The position numbers were made by a program, and so were the translations under genes. This document shows positions 52,538 to 61,692 of a stretch of DNA of 64,000 nt, piece by piece (the stretch's first letter is position 1; every line of letters starts with the position of its first letter). The notes under the pieces were generated by a model. It did no database searches. It was not told the origin of the DNA and was given only the letters and a program-made list of their open reading frames with translations. The stretch comes from an uncultured Collinsella sp. Its GTDB lineage: Bacteria > Actinomycetota > Coriobacteriia > Coriobacteriales > Coriobacteriaceae. Location of the stretch: the NCBI GenBank assembly GCA_958437935.1, contig CAUBPS010000008.1, forward strand, positions 24,754 through 88,753. The letters run 5' to 3'.

Positions 52538-53260
52538 ATGCTCAAGATTATTGCCTGCGACGACGACGTCGCTTTTCTAGATAGACTGCACCGGATGATC
52601 GACCGTTGGTCGAGCGAGACGGGCACGGCGGTCGACCTTGCGCTCGTCACGCGCGGCGAGGACCTGCTGGCCCGCCACGCCGCATCGCGCGCCGACATCA
52701 TCCTGCTCGATATGATCATGCCGCTCGTCAACGGCATGGACACCGCACGCGAGCTGCGCCAGTCCGATACCGCCGTGCGCCTGGTGTTCCTCACCTCGTC
52801 GCCCGAGTTTGCGCTGGAGTCCTACGAGGTCCGTGCCTTCGACTACCTGCTCAAGCCCGTGGCATACGAGCGCCTGGCGCAGCTGCTCGACGAGCTTTCG
52901 AGCATGCGCCCATCGGCGACCGACGAGCTCGTCATCAAAACGTCCTTTGGCTACCATGCCCTGCGCCTGTCCGACATCGAATATGCCGAGGCGCGCAACA
53001 AGCACGTGGTCTTCCACCTGCGCGACGGACGCGATATCGAGGCGCTCGAGTCGTTTCGCAGCGTCGAGGACCGCTTGGCGCAAAACGCGGTCTTCTTTAA
53101 ATGCCATCGCAGCTACCAGGTCAACCTGCGCAACATCGATCATTTCGATCGGACGGAGATCGTCATGCGCTCGAGCGCGAGCATTCCGCTTTCGCGCAGC
53201 AGCAAGCAGGGTTTCCAAGATGCCTACTTTGCGGTGCGCTTTGAGGGCGGGAGGCGCTGA
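52538..53260 (+). CDS. LytTR-family response regulator
   Basis: CDDD, LLDMIM, FDYLLKP receiver domain; FFKCHRSY LytTR domain. Confidence 0.92.
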   Translation: MLKIIACDDDVAFLDRLHRMIDRWSSETGTAVDLALVTRGEDLLARHAASRADIILLDMIMPLVNGMDTARELRQSDTAVRLVFLTSSPEFALESYEVRAFDYLLKPVAYERLAQLLDELSSMRPSATDELVIKTSFGYHALRLSDIEYAEARNKHVVFHLRDGRDIEALESFRSVEDRLAQNAVFFKCHRSYQVNLRNIDHFDRTEIVMRSSASIPLSRSSKQGFQDAYFAVRFEGGRR

Positions 53261-54537
53261 TGCCTGCATCGGTCGAAATGGTTCTTTGGGCGATTCACCA
53301 CGCCACGACGCTGCTCTTTGGCGTTTTTGCCTCGGCGGCGCTCTGCGGCGTCGAAATCAATCGACGCCATGCGCTCGAATTGTTGGGGATCGGTGCCGCA
53401 ACCGGCGCCGCCTTCTCGATCGCCAACGCCGTTGGCGGAGAACTGTTCGCCCGTCAGGCGTATCCGCTCGTCGTGCACCTGCCGCTTATCGTCTTCCTAT
53501 GCGCGCGCTACCGCTTAAGTCCGCTGCTCGCGGCATTGGGCGTCACCAGCGCCTACCTGAGCTGCCAGTTTAGCAACTGGATGGGTATCGCCGCATTCGC
53601 AGTCACCGACTCGCAGGTTGCATACTACCTTGCGCGCATTGCGACCACGCTCGGCGTCTTTGCCGTCCTCCTACACTGGGCCGGCGATATCGGCCCGCGC
53701 CTGGCGATTAAAAGCCCCACCGAGCTGGGCATTCTTTTAATTCTGCCGCTCGTCTACTACATCTTTGACTACGCTACCAACGTCTACACCACGCTGTTCC
53801 ACTCGGGCTCGGTGGTGACCGTTGAGTTTTTGGCCTTTGCCCTTTGCGCCTTCTACCTTATGTTTCTCGCCGTCTATCTGCGCGAATACGAGGCAAAGGA
53901 AGTCGCCGAGCGTGAGCGATGGATGCTCGAGACGCGCGACAGCGCGGCCATCAAAGAGCTCGAGGCCTGGCGCCAGTCCGGACGCGAGCTGTCGATTCTT
54001 CGCCACGACATGCGGCACTTTTTGCGCGGTTTGGCCGTTTTAATTGAGGAGGGCCACACCGACGAGGCGCTCGATCGCATCGATGAGCTCTGCGAGACCA
54101 ACGACCGCACCGCCGTGCGCCGCTACTGCGCCAACGAGACCGTCAACATCGTGCTTTCGTCATTTAGCTCGGATATCAACAAGCACGGCATCGCCGCCGA
54201 CCTGCGCGCCGCCGTGCCCGAAACCGTTCGCGTGAGCGATGCCGACCTGTTCAGCGTGCTTTCGAATGCCCTGGAAAATGCCATCATCGCCGCAAGCGCC
54301 GCCCCCGAAGGCAAGCGCTTTGTCGACCTTGACCTGCGGCTTGAAGACGGCCAGTTGTTGCTTTTGGTTTCCAACACGTTTGGACGCGCGCCGCGTATGG
54401 TCGACGGCATGCCCGTGACCCAACACGCCGGCCATGGCTTTGGCACCAAGAGCATCAAGCTTGCCGTAGAGCGCATGAACGGCAACTGCCAGTTCCGCAT
54501 CAACGGTGACCGATTTGAGCTGCGCGCTGTGATGTAG
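53260..54537 (+). CDS. GHKL membrane sensor histidine kinase (AgrC-like)
   Basis: About six TM helices, RHDMRH, NALENAI, GHGFGTKSI. Confidence 0.9.
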   Translation: MPASVEMVLWAIHHATTLLFGVFASAALCGVEINRRHALELLGIGAATGAAFSIANAVGGELFARQAYPLVVHLPLIVFLCARYRLSPLLAALGVTSAYLSCQFSNWMGIAAFAVTDSQVAYYLARIATTLGVFAVLLHWAGDIGPRLAIKSPTELGILLILPLVYYIFDYATNVYTTLFHSGSVVTVEFLAFALCAFYLMFLAVYLREYEAKEVAERERWMLETRDSAAIKELEAWRQSGRELSILRHDMRHFLRGLAVLIEEGHTDEALDRIDELCETNDRTAVRRYCANETVNIVLSSFSSDINKHGIAADLRAAVPETVRVSDADLFSVLSNALENAIIAASAAPEGKRFVDLDLRLEDGQLLLLVSNTFGRAPRMVDGMPVTQHAGHGFGTKSIKLAVERMNGNCQFRINGDRFELRAVM

Positions 54538-54600
54538 GGGCGCGATGCGCGGCTTATGGCGCGGCTCAACCGCCCGGGTCGCCTTGCCGGCGCAGGCCTG

Positions 54601-55176
54601 CTACAGCGGAGCCGCCGCCGGGGTCAGCTGCTTAATGTAGGCCCACATGCGCTGCTTGGCCACCTTGTCGGTGAGCGCCGCCTCAAAGCCATCGAGCGCG
54701 AGTACGCGGCGGCCCTGCACGTGGGCGACCAGGCCGGGCTTGAGCATGGCGGTGTCGAAGTCATCGATTGCCACGAGCATGTCGGCATAGGTCTCGCGCA
54801 TGACATCGGCCGCGCTGTTGTCAAGCAGCAGCACCGCTTCGGGGTCCAGGGCCTCCAGCGCCTCGCGGAACAGCTCACACGGCAGGGCCTCGCCCACCGC
54901 GACCGTCCCGTCGCCCGCGCCGGCAACGCTTGCCAGCGCGCAGAAATCCTCGGGCGCATAACCGATAGCCCCGAGCGCCTTGCGCAGCGCGGCACCATCC
55001 GCGCCGGCGGCAAGCTCGCCGCCTGAGCGCTCGGCCTCATCCAAATCGCCTTTGACCAGCACGATCGGCGAGCATGCGTTGCCCGCGATGCGCACGCCAC
55101 GCGCCGCAAGCGACGCGAGCTCCTGCTCGGTGGCCTGGGAGATGGCTTCTTTTTTCTGGCTTTGTGACGTGGGCAT
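54601..55176 (-). CDS. Hypothetical protein, possibly a degenerate uracil-DNA glycosylase-like fold
   Basis: GN..SPIVLVK, GADGAALRKALGAIG, EALDPEAVLLLD, KQRMW recall family-4 UDG secondary structure. Confidence 0.55.
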   Translation of the reverse strand: MPTSQSQKKEAISQATEQELASLAARGVRIAGNACSPIVLVKGDLDEAERSGGELAAGADGAALRKALGAIGYAPEDFCALASVAGAGDGTVAVGEALPCELFREALEALDPEAVLLLDNSAADVMRETYADMLVAIDDFDTAMLKPGLVAHVQGRRVLALDGFEAALTDKVAKQRMWAYIKQLTPAAAPL

Positions 55177-55312
55177 GCGCTCTCCAATCGTTTGCGTGCC
55201 CACCATTATATAAAAGAGCCGCCCGCGAGTGGTTGCTTTGCGGGCCGCTGGGTATAAGCACGGTCGTACTGAGTTTTACGCGGCCGAGCCGCGTCGCATT
55301 ATGGAGGTCACC

Positions 55313-55633
55313 ATGGCTGACATTAAGCAGATTACCCCCGAGAACTTCGATTCCATCGTTAACGACAACCTGCCCGTGCTGGTTGATTTTTGGGCGCCCT
55401 GGTGCGGACCCTGCCGATCGCTCTCGCCCATCGTGGACGAGGTAGCCGACGAGCTGTCCGGCAAGCTGGCCGTGGCCAAGTGCAACGTCGACGACAACCA
55501 GGACCTGGCCATGAAGTATGGCGTCATGAGCATCCCCACGCTGATCGTCTTTAAGAACGGCGAAGAGGTTGACCGCTCGGTCGGCGCCTTACCCAAGGCA
55601 AGGCTTCAGGCGCTGCTGGAGAAACATCTGTAA
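55313..55633 (+). CDS. trxA: Thioredoxin
   Basis: DFWAPWCGPC; GGAGG RBS. Confidence 0.95.
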   Translation: MADIKQITPENFDSIVNDNLPVLVDFWAPWCGPCRSLSPIVDEVADELSGKLAVAKCNVDDNQDLAMKYGVMSIPTLIVFKNGEEVDRSVGALPKARLQALLEKHL

Positions 55634-55744
55634 TACGCTTGTTACGTATCTGCCGTCCATGAGCGGTTTTGCACCGCTCGCCGGAGCGCCGGGTGCAGGG
55701 CGCGCGACCACGGATAGTATGGTAGACACAAACAGCCCCCAGTG

Positions 55745-55783
55745 AACGGGTGCGGGTCAGACGGACTCGCACCCGTTTTCTTC
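55745..55783 (+). terminator. Terminator at the trxA / island boundary
   Basis: AACGGGTGCGGGTC/GACTCGCACCCGTT stem plus T-run. Confidence 0.7.
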
Positions 55784-55811
55784 ATTTGCCTAGTCTTTGC
55801 CACAAGATTTG

Positions 55812-56843
55812 TTATGGATTTAAAAACTCAGATCCGATAGCACGTTCGTAAGACTGGATCGTTTCGGCATTTGCCCTCTCGATATCATTAAGCGGTGATG
55901 TCATCGCATCAAATTCCTCAGGCGAGTATATGCCTTCATACCAATCTTTATTGTCGAAATACTCTTGAATCTTCTCATTCTTGAACTTGCGACCATGGCG
56001 TGCATATATTTCGTTTCTTGCCAAGCAAAGCTCCCATGTGCTCATGCCCATTTCTCTGATCTCCGCCTCGGTATAACGCCGCGAGTCGCTTTCAGAAAGT
56101 AAGTATCCGTCTACTGTCGAACTCTTCGCATCACAGTAATAGGAAAAGCTATCCATAACCTTATGTGATTGACCATCAATATATGAAACGACAACCGTAC
56201 GGCTATCGCCCGAATCACTACCGAGTGTTGATCGATATGCGAGCTTGCAAACCCCGTCCGAGCCGACTGCGACGCTCCGAGGGCTGATCGAAGCCTGGCC
56301 ACCGCTCACCCCTGTTTCTTTAACGACCCAATTCTCTGGCTTTGATAGCATCCCTTTTGAAGATCCCGTTACCTTAACATTCACCATCATCTCGGGAAAC
56401 GCGCCTGAATTATTAGATATCACCGTCAATTCTGTTGCGCCTTCACCATCATCTGCATCTTCTTCATATGAATTTTCCGGCTCGGCTTCATCGGCATCCG
56501 TTTCATATATCGTGCTTTGATGGCTTTGAGCTGATTCCGATGAAAGATGACTGCTCCCGGATCGGCTCCAGACGAAATAGCCGCCAACGACGATGACGGC
56601 CACCAGACCAATTATCACTATTTTATTTGAATCGAATCCGCCAATTAACCCAATTGCCCTTTTACCGAGCTCGTTGCCGGAATCCTCTGCCCCTGCTCTC
56701 CCCTTCGCATTTTCTTGGACATCGAATGACATCCGCTCATTCTCTGCGGTCGGCCGACCTGCATCAGAAGATACTTTCGCAGCACAAAAGGGACAGTAAA
56801 CCGTCCCTTCTTCTATCTCTGCGTTACATTTGGGACACTTCAC
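55812..56843 (-). CDS. Zinc-ribbon + TM + YARHG domain protein
   Basis: CPKC..CPFC, one TM, LARNEIYARHGRKF; GTG start after GAAAGGGGAG. Confidence 0.85.
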   Translation of the reverse strand: MKCPKCNAEIEEGTVYCPFCAAKVSSDAGRPTAENERMSFDVQENAKGRAGAEDSGNELGKRAIGLIGGFDSNKIVIIGLVAVIVVGGYFVWSRSGSSHLSSESAQSHQSTIYETDADEAEPENSYEEDADDGEGATELTVISNNSGAFPEMMVNVKVTGSSKGMLSKPENWVVKETGVSGGQASISPRSVAVGSDGVCKLAYRSTLGSDSGDSRTVVVSYIDGQSHKVMDSFSYYCDAKSSTVDGYLLSESDSRRYTEAEIREMGMSTWELCLARNEIYARHGRKFKNEKIQEYFDNKDWYEGIYSPEEFDAMTSPLNDIERANAETIQSYERAIGSEFLNP

Positions 56844-56867
56844 TGTCTCCCCTTTCAATCTGCCTTT

Positions 56868-57701
56868 TTATCCATCAACATGACGTCGATATTCTTGATA
56901 GTTCGACAGATATGATGAGAATTCCGCCGATGTATCCGAATTTCCCGTCCGCCACGCCTTGTGGTCGATAATCTGACTCTTGAACCCGTAATATTCATCG
57001 ATATACGCGATTAGACCGTCGACAGCAATAAGCTGCTCTTCGGGATAATCACCCGACCCTCCAACATGGACCATCTCAATCCCAACGGAATATGAGTTCA
57101 TGCCGTAATCGGGGCAACTTCCCCCTATCGGTAACGTTCCGACCTTGTCATCTCTCGACTCATCGATTGTTCCATACTGCTCGTTCTTCCCAATATCGCC
57201 AAAACCGGCATGGTGCGCGATTTGATCGAGAGGCACACATTGAACGATCGACCCATCTTTTCCAACAACAAAATGAGCCGCTACCTTATTGCCGTTGGAC
57301 TCCCACCAATCGATGACACTTTCAGGGGAAGAATCGCCCTCCGTATCGTGCAAAACGATGTACTTCTGATACTCGGGACCCTTAGGCCCATGCGCCAAGT
57401 CGGCGTAGTACCGTTCTTGAATGCTTAGCTGAAATTCCGAGCTCCCATCGATGGACAAAGAGCGAGATTCGCCTTGCTCTACAACCCCTGAAACCGTGTC
57501 AGTAACTCTCGCATTGCAGATATCAAGCACATCTCCAACACCATCTGCACAAGCCACCAGCACGCAATTGCCTCCGCTGGATTTCACGACCTTTCTCACG
57601 CCAATACGACCGGCCAGAACAATTCCCAAGCCGAACAAGAAAACGGCAAGCGCGGAGGCGAGCCCCCGCGCCACCCATAAACGCCTAGAGCGAGCTTGCA
57701 T
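56868..57701 (-). CDS. Membrane-anchored N-acetylmuramoyl-L-alanine amidase (Amidase_2/AmpD-like); start uncertain
   Basis: IVLHDTEG, AHFVVGKDG, AHHAG, NSYSVGIEM, IIDHK; N-terminal hydrophobic helix. Confidence 0.8.
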   Translation of the reverse strand: MQARSRRLWVARGLASALAVFLFGLGIVLAGRIGVRKVVKSSGGNCVLVACADGVGDVLDICNARVTDTVSGVVEQGESRSLSIDGSSEFQLSIQERYYADLAHGPKGPEYQKYIVLHDTEGDSSPESVIDWWESNGNKVAAHFVVGKDGSIVQCVPLDQIAHHAGFGDIGKNEQYGTIDESRDDKVGTLPIGGSCPDYGMNSYSVGIEMVHVGGSGDYPEEQLIAVDGLIAYIDEYYGFKSQIIDHKAWRTGNSDTSAEFSSYLSNYQEYRRHVDG

Positions 57702-57948
57702 ACGTACTGACCACGTCGCATGCCGTACTGATAAGGCCACCCGCCTCGAGCAGCTTTGCCGCTGCCGCCCCAAGCTGCCCAACCGCCTCATTTTGAGCGG
57801 TCGAATTTGTTCCTTCCATTGCCGCGTTAAGCATGTCATGCAGCGAATCGAGATCGTCCGCCACCGTGGCGCACACGCCTCGCTGCGTCTCCATCTTCGA
57901 CACCAACGCGTTCAGCTCTGCAACGAGCTGGCCGATGTTCTGACTCAT
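57685..57948 (-). CDS. Small helical-hairpin protein, WXG100/ESAT-6-like
   Basis: 87 aa, two heptad helices around a central M-E-G turn; strong GGAAAGGA RBS. Confidence 0.6.
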   Translation of the reverse strand: MSQNIGQLVAELNALVSKMETQRGVCATVADDLDSLHDMLNAAMEGTNSTAQNEAVGQLGAAAAKLLEAGGLISTACDVVSTYASSL

Positions 57949-57966
57949 TTCCGTTCCTTTCCGTTG

Positions 57967-58554
57967 TCACAACAACCCAAATAGCACATTCGCAATAAGC
58001 GAAATTGCCCCAATACAGCACGCGCATAGAACCGCCGCCTGAGAAAGGCAGCCGCCTTTCGACTCCTCGGCCTTAACGGGAAGAGGATCCGGCATCGCCT
58101 TCTCTTCTTCCGCCAGAAGACGCTTCCGGTCAAGAGCCGCCCGTCGAGCATCCAGTGCATTTGAAGATCGCTGACTCAACTCGTTCACAGACGTATCTTT
58201 TTCAATCATCTCGATATAACAATCGATTTTCTTGATAAGCCCTGATAACGAAGATGCAAGCTCGGCAGCGTCTTCATTCGACGCAATCGGTCTTACCATG
58301 TTCGGAAGCGCAGCGCCGACGTCCTTCGCGCGACTCCCCGCAAGTCGTTTAGACAATTGCGAAAAAGCCTCCTGTGCTTGATGCGCCAGGCGATCTATCT
58401 CCGCTTTCTTTTTGCCCGCCATGCTCCTCGCAGAGGTCGACTCCCGATCACAACGATCGCACTCCTGCTTAACAAGCTGGGCGCTCGACGCCTCCGATTT
58501 CAGAAATCGTTCTGCTTCGGACAGATACCTTTCGTACAAATCATCCCTGCTCAT
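57967..58554 (-). CDS. Coiled-coil protein with C-terminal TM anchor
   Basis: Charged helical body, hydrophobic C-terminus; AGGAGG RBS; overlaps the FtsK gene stop. Confidence 0.7.
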   Translation of the reverse strand: MSRDDLYERYLSEAERFLKSEASSAQLVKQECDRCDRESTSARSMAGKKKAEIDRLAHQAQEAFSQLSKRLAGSRAKDVGAALPNMVRPIASNEDAAELASSLSGLIKKIDCYIEMIEKDTSVNELSQRSSNALDARRAALDRKRLLAEEEKAMPDPLPVKAEESKGGCLSQAAVLCACCIGAISLIANVLFGLL

Positions 58555-61246
58555 CGTCGCCCCTCCTCCATAATCGCGTTGTGATAAAGGGCATGAGCTT
58601 CATTGAGGGACGCCCCGAGGAAGCCTCCTTGTAAAGGACCCGGTTCTCTTGCCCGTTCCACTGGCACAGCGGGCCATCCAACTGCTTCGCTGCGACGTTC
58701 GAGCCAAACAGACACGCCACGCCGTCAAAAGACGACAGTCCCGATGAACCCAGCTGCGCTGAAAGCGCTACGGGGGTTTGCCAATGGCAGACAAAGTGGA
58801 TTCCGTGCATAGGAGCCTCGCGGAACACCTTTTGAATCTTCTGCTGAGCACCAAAGTCGAAAGATCCTAGTGAGTCCGCATTCGGCACCAACACAAACCG
58901 CTCCCGCCTACATTCTTCCCCGACATCATTTCTCTGAAGACAATCGGCAATCCATGCAACCGCTTCGTCCGAAGGCACGACCTTCGGAGAAACCCCTGCA
59001 CGAGCGCATATCTCCAGAGTCGAATCAGAAATATGGCGCGCGCCATCCTCCACTACAGCAAACTCAGCGCCTCGCTCATAGCGTGCAAGCGATAAAACAA
59101 GCGTTTCCATAACGCACGCCGCAAGATCGACAGAATTCGGAAGATCACCGAGCCCTGGCAGCGTTCCCCTGCCCACAAGAGCGATATTGCTTCCCGCAGC
59201 TCTTTCAAACGAGAAATATATCGGTGCCAACCCAGCAGAAACACCCCGGCCAAGCAAGGCGCTCGGCACGTTACCTGAATCTATGTCGCTCTGCTCAAGG
59301 AGGGCCTCAGTCAACTCCGGTAGAGTGCTTCCGTCGAAAACCACCGGCTCATCAAGGTGCTCTTTTGACATTGCATAGAACTTGTTCCTGAGACTGTCCA
59401 ACGTGGCATCCTCAGCAAACGGTGTAAGCACCGTCACATTTGCGCTCGGATTTCCGTAATCTTCGTTCAGAATCGCCTGCCCCCTGAACCTTAGACTAGC
59501 GGCCGCCTCGTTAAAGGGTCCGAAAGTCGCCCGCGACTCCGCCGGCGAGTTTTTCAATCCGATACGGATAGGAAACTGTGCGAAGAACTTGCCCTGGGAA
59601 ATGGCAAGATTGGCTATCCCGCCGATACTTTGTGACGCCAGTATCACGTGAATACCATATGCACGATAGAGGCGAACGATGCGTTCCAAAAGTTCACAGG
59701 CTTCCTTGCCTCTCGAGCCTTCTAGAAATAGCTGGAACTCATCAATGACCACAACGATACGCGGCATCTTATTCCCGCTATTGCGCCGATACTTGAGCAG
59801 ATTATCTCCGTAAGGCTTGATCGCAGCGGCCCTCCGCTTGGCCTCTGCGGCTATGGAATTCAGCACATCCATGGCAAAGTCTTCATCGGCCTCAAGCCCA
59901 AATGCCTTTACCTGCGGTAGATACTCGGGAGAATCCAGCGTGGGAGCCATGGGAAACAGGGTAACGCCCTCTTTGAAATCAAACAGATAGAGTTCCAACT
60001 CGTCGGGAGAATACCTGGCGCACAAACCGTAGATGATATCTTTCAACAGATTCGATTTACCCTGTCCTACCGCACCGGTAATCAGTGCATTATGTCTTTG
60101 AGTCTCATTCGAGCCAATCGTGACATCAACCATCTGGGTTCCACGCAGACCCAGCGAGAACGTGACTCCGTCCTCGCTCGTCTCCATCCAATACTCCGCG
60201 GGAAGCACCGACTCAATCTTTACTTCGGGCAACCGCAGCTCTGCCGCTGATCGAGCCATCCGCTCGGCGGCTTGCGTCGATTCAATCGTGTCAAGCTCAT
60301 AGAGCTCAACATCGTAGCCATCGTGACCCAGCCATCGGGCATGACTGCCCGAGAATAGTTCGAGACGCTCCGAAACAGGATAGGAATGTTTCTTCTCGCA
60401 ATACCATTTGGGCAAGTCGTCCATCTTAGGCTGTATCATTAAGAAAGAAATGCCTGCCTTTGGAGCCGCCTTCATCAGCGAGCATACACGGTCGTATTGC
60501 TCGGCAGCCATTCCCATCGGCATATCGTGGATCACAACGAGCTGGTACTTCTCGACCGGCATCCCGACCCGTTGGTGATATACCGCCAGGCACTCATCGT
60601 CTGTCAGCAACTCGTTGTTGATTCGCGTCACACGGTCGGTCAGCTCGTTAAGTAAGGCATCGAGTTCTCCTCTCGAATGCAAATACCTGACCGCCGCCTC
60701 GCCTTGCCCGTTCCGGCCAATCGTCGAAAAAGGAGCCTCGATGTTTTTGAGTGCCGGGTCAAAACTAATGATTTCAACTTGCGATGCTGAGGTCGATAAA
60801 AGCGTCTTGGCCTCTACCTCGCGCACCACCCCGTCTGAAATGCAGCCCTCGCCTGAAACCGACATCACGATATTGCCGTGACCAAGCAACGGGACGATAA
60901 AGGGCACCGTAAACAAATCGTCACATTTTGAAGTTTTCGACATCGATCCAATCTGGATATACTCGGCCGCATTGAGGGCCGAGCCTTCCTCGTTCGCCAG
61001 TAACTCGTCAACGGTATCCTGCACGCGCTTTTTCGAAAGGGCGTTGCGGCGCTTCTCCCTGCTGCTGAGTTTATTGAGCGCTCGTGTTTTTGCCTCCTGT
61101 CTCTCCTTCAGCGTCATCTTCAACCACGTGTCAACGGAGGCAGATTGGGATTCACAAGCTCCCAGCAGATGAGCCTGGCATTCCTTGACCTCGCTGAGCG
61201 CTTGCCTCATTTCGGCATAGGTCTCTTCCAGCGACATATTGGCCAT
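58541..61246 (-). CDS. FtsK/SpoIIIE-family ATPase, EccC/EssC-like
   Basis: ALITGAVGQGKS, YSPDELELYLFDFKEG, IVVVIDEFQ, YGIHVILASQ, RIGL. Confidence 0.88.
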   Translation of the reverse strand: MANMSLEETYAEMRQALSEVKECQAHLLGACESQSASVDTWLKMTLKERQEAKTRALNKLSSREKRRNALSKKRVQDTVDELLANEEGSALNAAEYIQIGSMSKTSKCDDLFTVPFIVPLLGHGNIVMSVSGEGCISDGVVREVEAKTLLSTSASQVEIISFDPALKNIEAPFSTIGRNGQGEAAVRYLHSRGELDALLNELTDRVTRINNELLTDDECLAVYHQRVGMPVEKYQLVVIHDMPMGMAAEQYDRVCSLMKAAPKAGISFLMIQPKMDDLPKWYCEKKHSYPVSERLELFSGSHARWLGHDGYDVELYELDTIESTQAAERMARSAAELRLPEVKIESVLPAEYWMETSEDGVTFSLGLRGTQMVDVTIGSNETQRHNALITGAVGQGKSNLLKDIIYGLCARYSPDELELYLFDFKEGVTLFPMAPTLDSPEYLPQVKAFGLEADEDFAMDVLNSIAAEAKRRAAAIKPYGDNLLKYRRNSGNKMPRIVVVIDEFQLFLEGSRGKEACELLERIVRLYRAYGIHVILASQSIGGIANLAISQGKFFAQFPIRIGLKNSPAESRATFGPFNEAAASLRFRGQAILNEDYGNPSANVTVLTPFAEDATLDSLRNKFYAMSKEHLDEPVVFDGSTLPELTEALLEQSDIDSGNVPSALLGRGVSAGLAPIYFSFERAAGSNIALVGRGTLPGLGDLPNSVDLAACVMETLVLSLARYERGAEFAVVEDGARHISDSTLEICARAGVSPKVVPSDEAVAWIADCLQRNDVGEECRRERFVLVPNADSLGSFDFGAQQKIQKVFREAPMHGIHFVCHWQTPVALSAQLGSSGLSSFDGVACLFGSNVAAKQLDGPLCQWNGQENRVLYKEASSGRPSMKLMPFITTRLWRRGDDEQG

Positions 61247-61692
61247 CAGCCCTCTTCATACCGAAAGGCAACTACTCGCGCCGGGCGAAGAAGCCTTACC
61301 CCAAGCCTATATCCGTCCCGTTCCACCCGAACAATCTCCCCGTCTTTTGAAGCGTCGCGCGTCTTAATCAATCCGACGATTTCATGCTCCCGCAAGTTGA
61401 CCTTCCCTGCACACGAAACCTGCTCAAGCCCGTAATGACCGCACGTCTCGATGACTTCATCCACAATCGAGGTTCGCAAATCCTCCGATAGAGGTTCGGA
61501 CCTAAATCTGTCAATTGCCAACAACAACTCGGTGAACAACGTTGCAAAAGCTTCGCCAGTAGCCAGGTCTTTGATTTTGTTTGAGTCTGATTTGAGAGAC
61601 GCGAGGGACGTCTTGAGCTGTGCGGCGCAGTCAATAATTGCCCGGCGATCGCTGTCCAAGCCGTCCAGTGCCTGGTCCCACCGTACATCCAT
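61246..61692 (-). CDS. Divergent GrpE-like protein
   Basis: ELLLAIDRF, HEIVG, GEIVRVERDGYRLGVRLLRPARVV; ATG 61692 coupled (TAATG) to the upstream stop; alternative start 61713. Confidence 0.8.
   Translation of the reverse strand: MDVRWDQALDGLDSDRRAIIDCAAQLKTSLASLKSDSNKIKDLATGEAFATLFTELLLAIDRFRSEPLSEDLRTSIVDEVIETCGHYGLEQVSCAGKVNLREHEIVGLIKTRDASKDGEIVRVERDGYRLGVRLLRPARVVAFRYEEG

Noticed and set aside
58541..61246. Chromosome-segregation FtsK or conjugative coupling protein
   Set aside because: No N-terminal TM or gamma domain, and no relaxase or T4SS genes in the visible region
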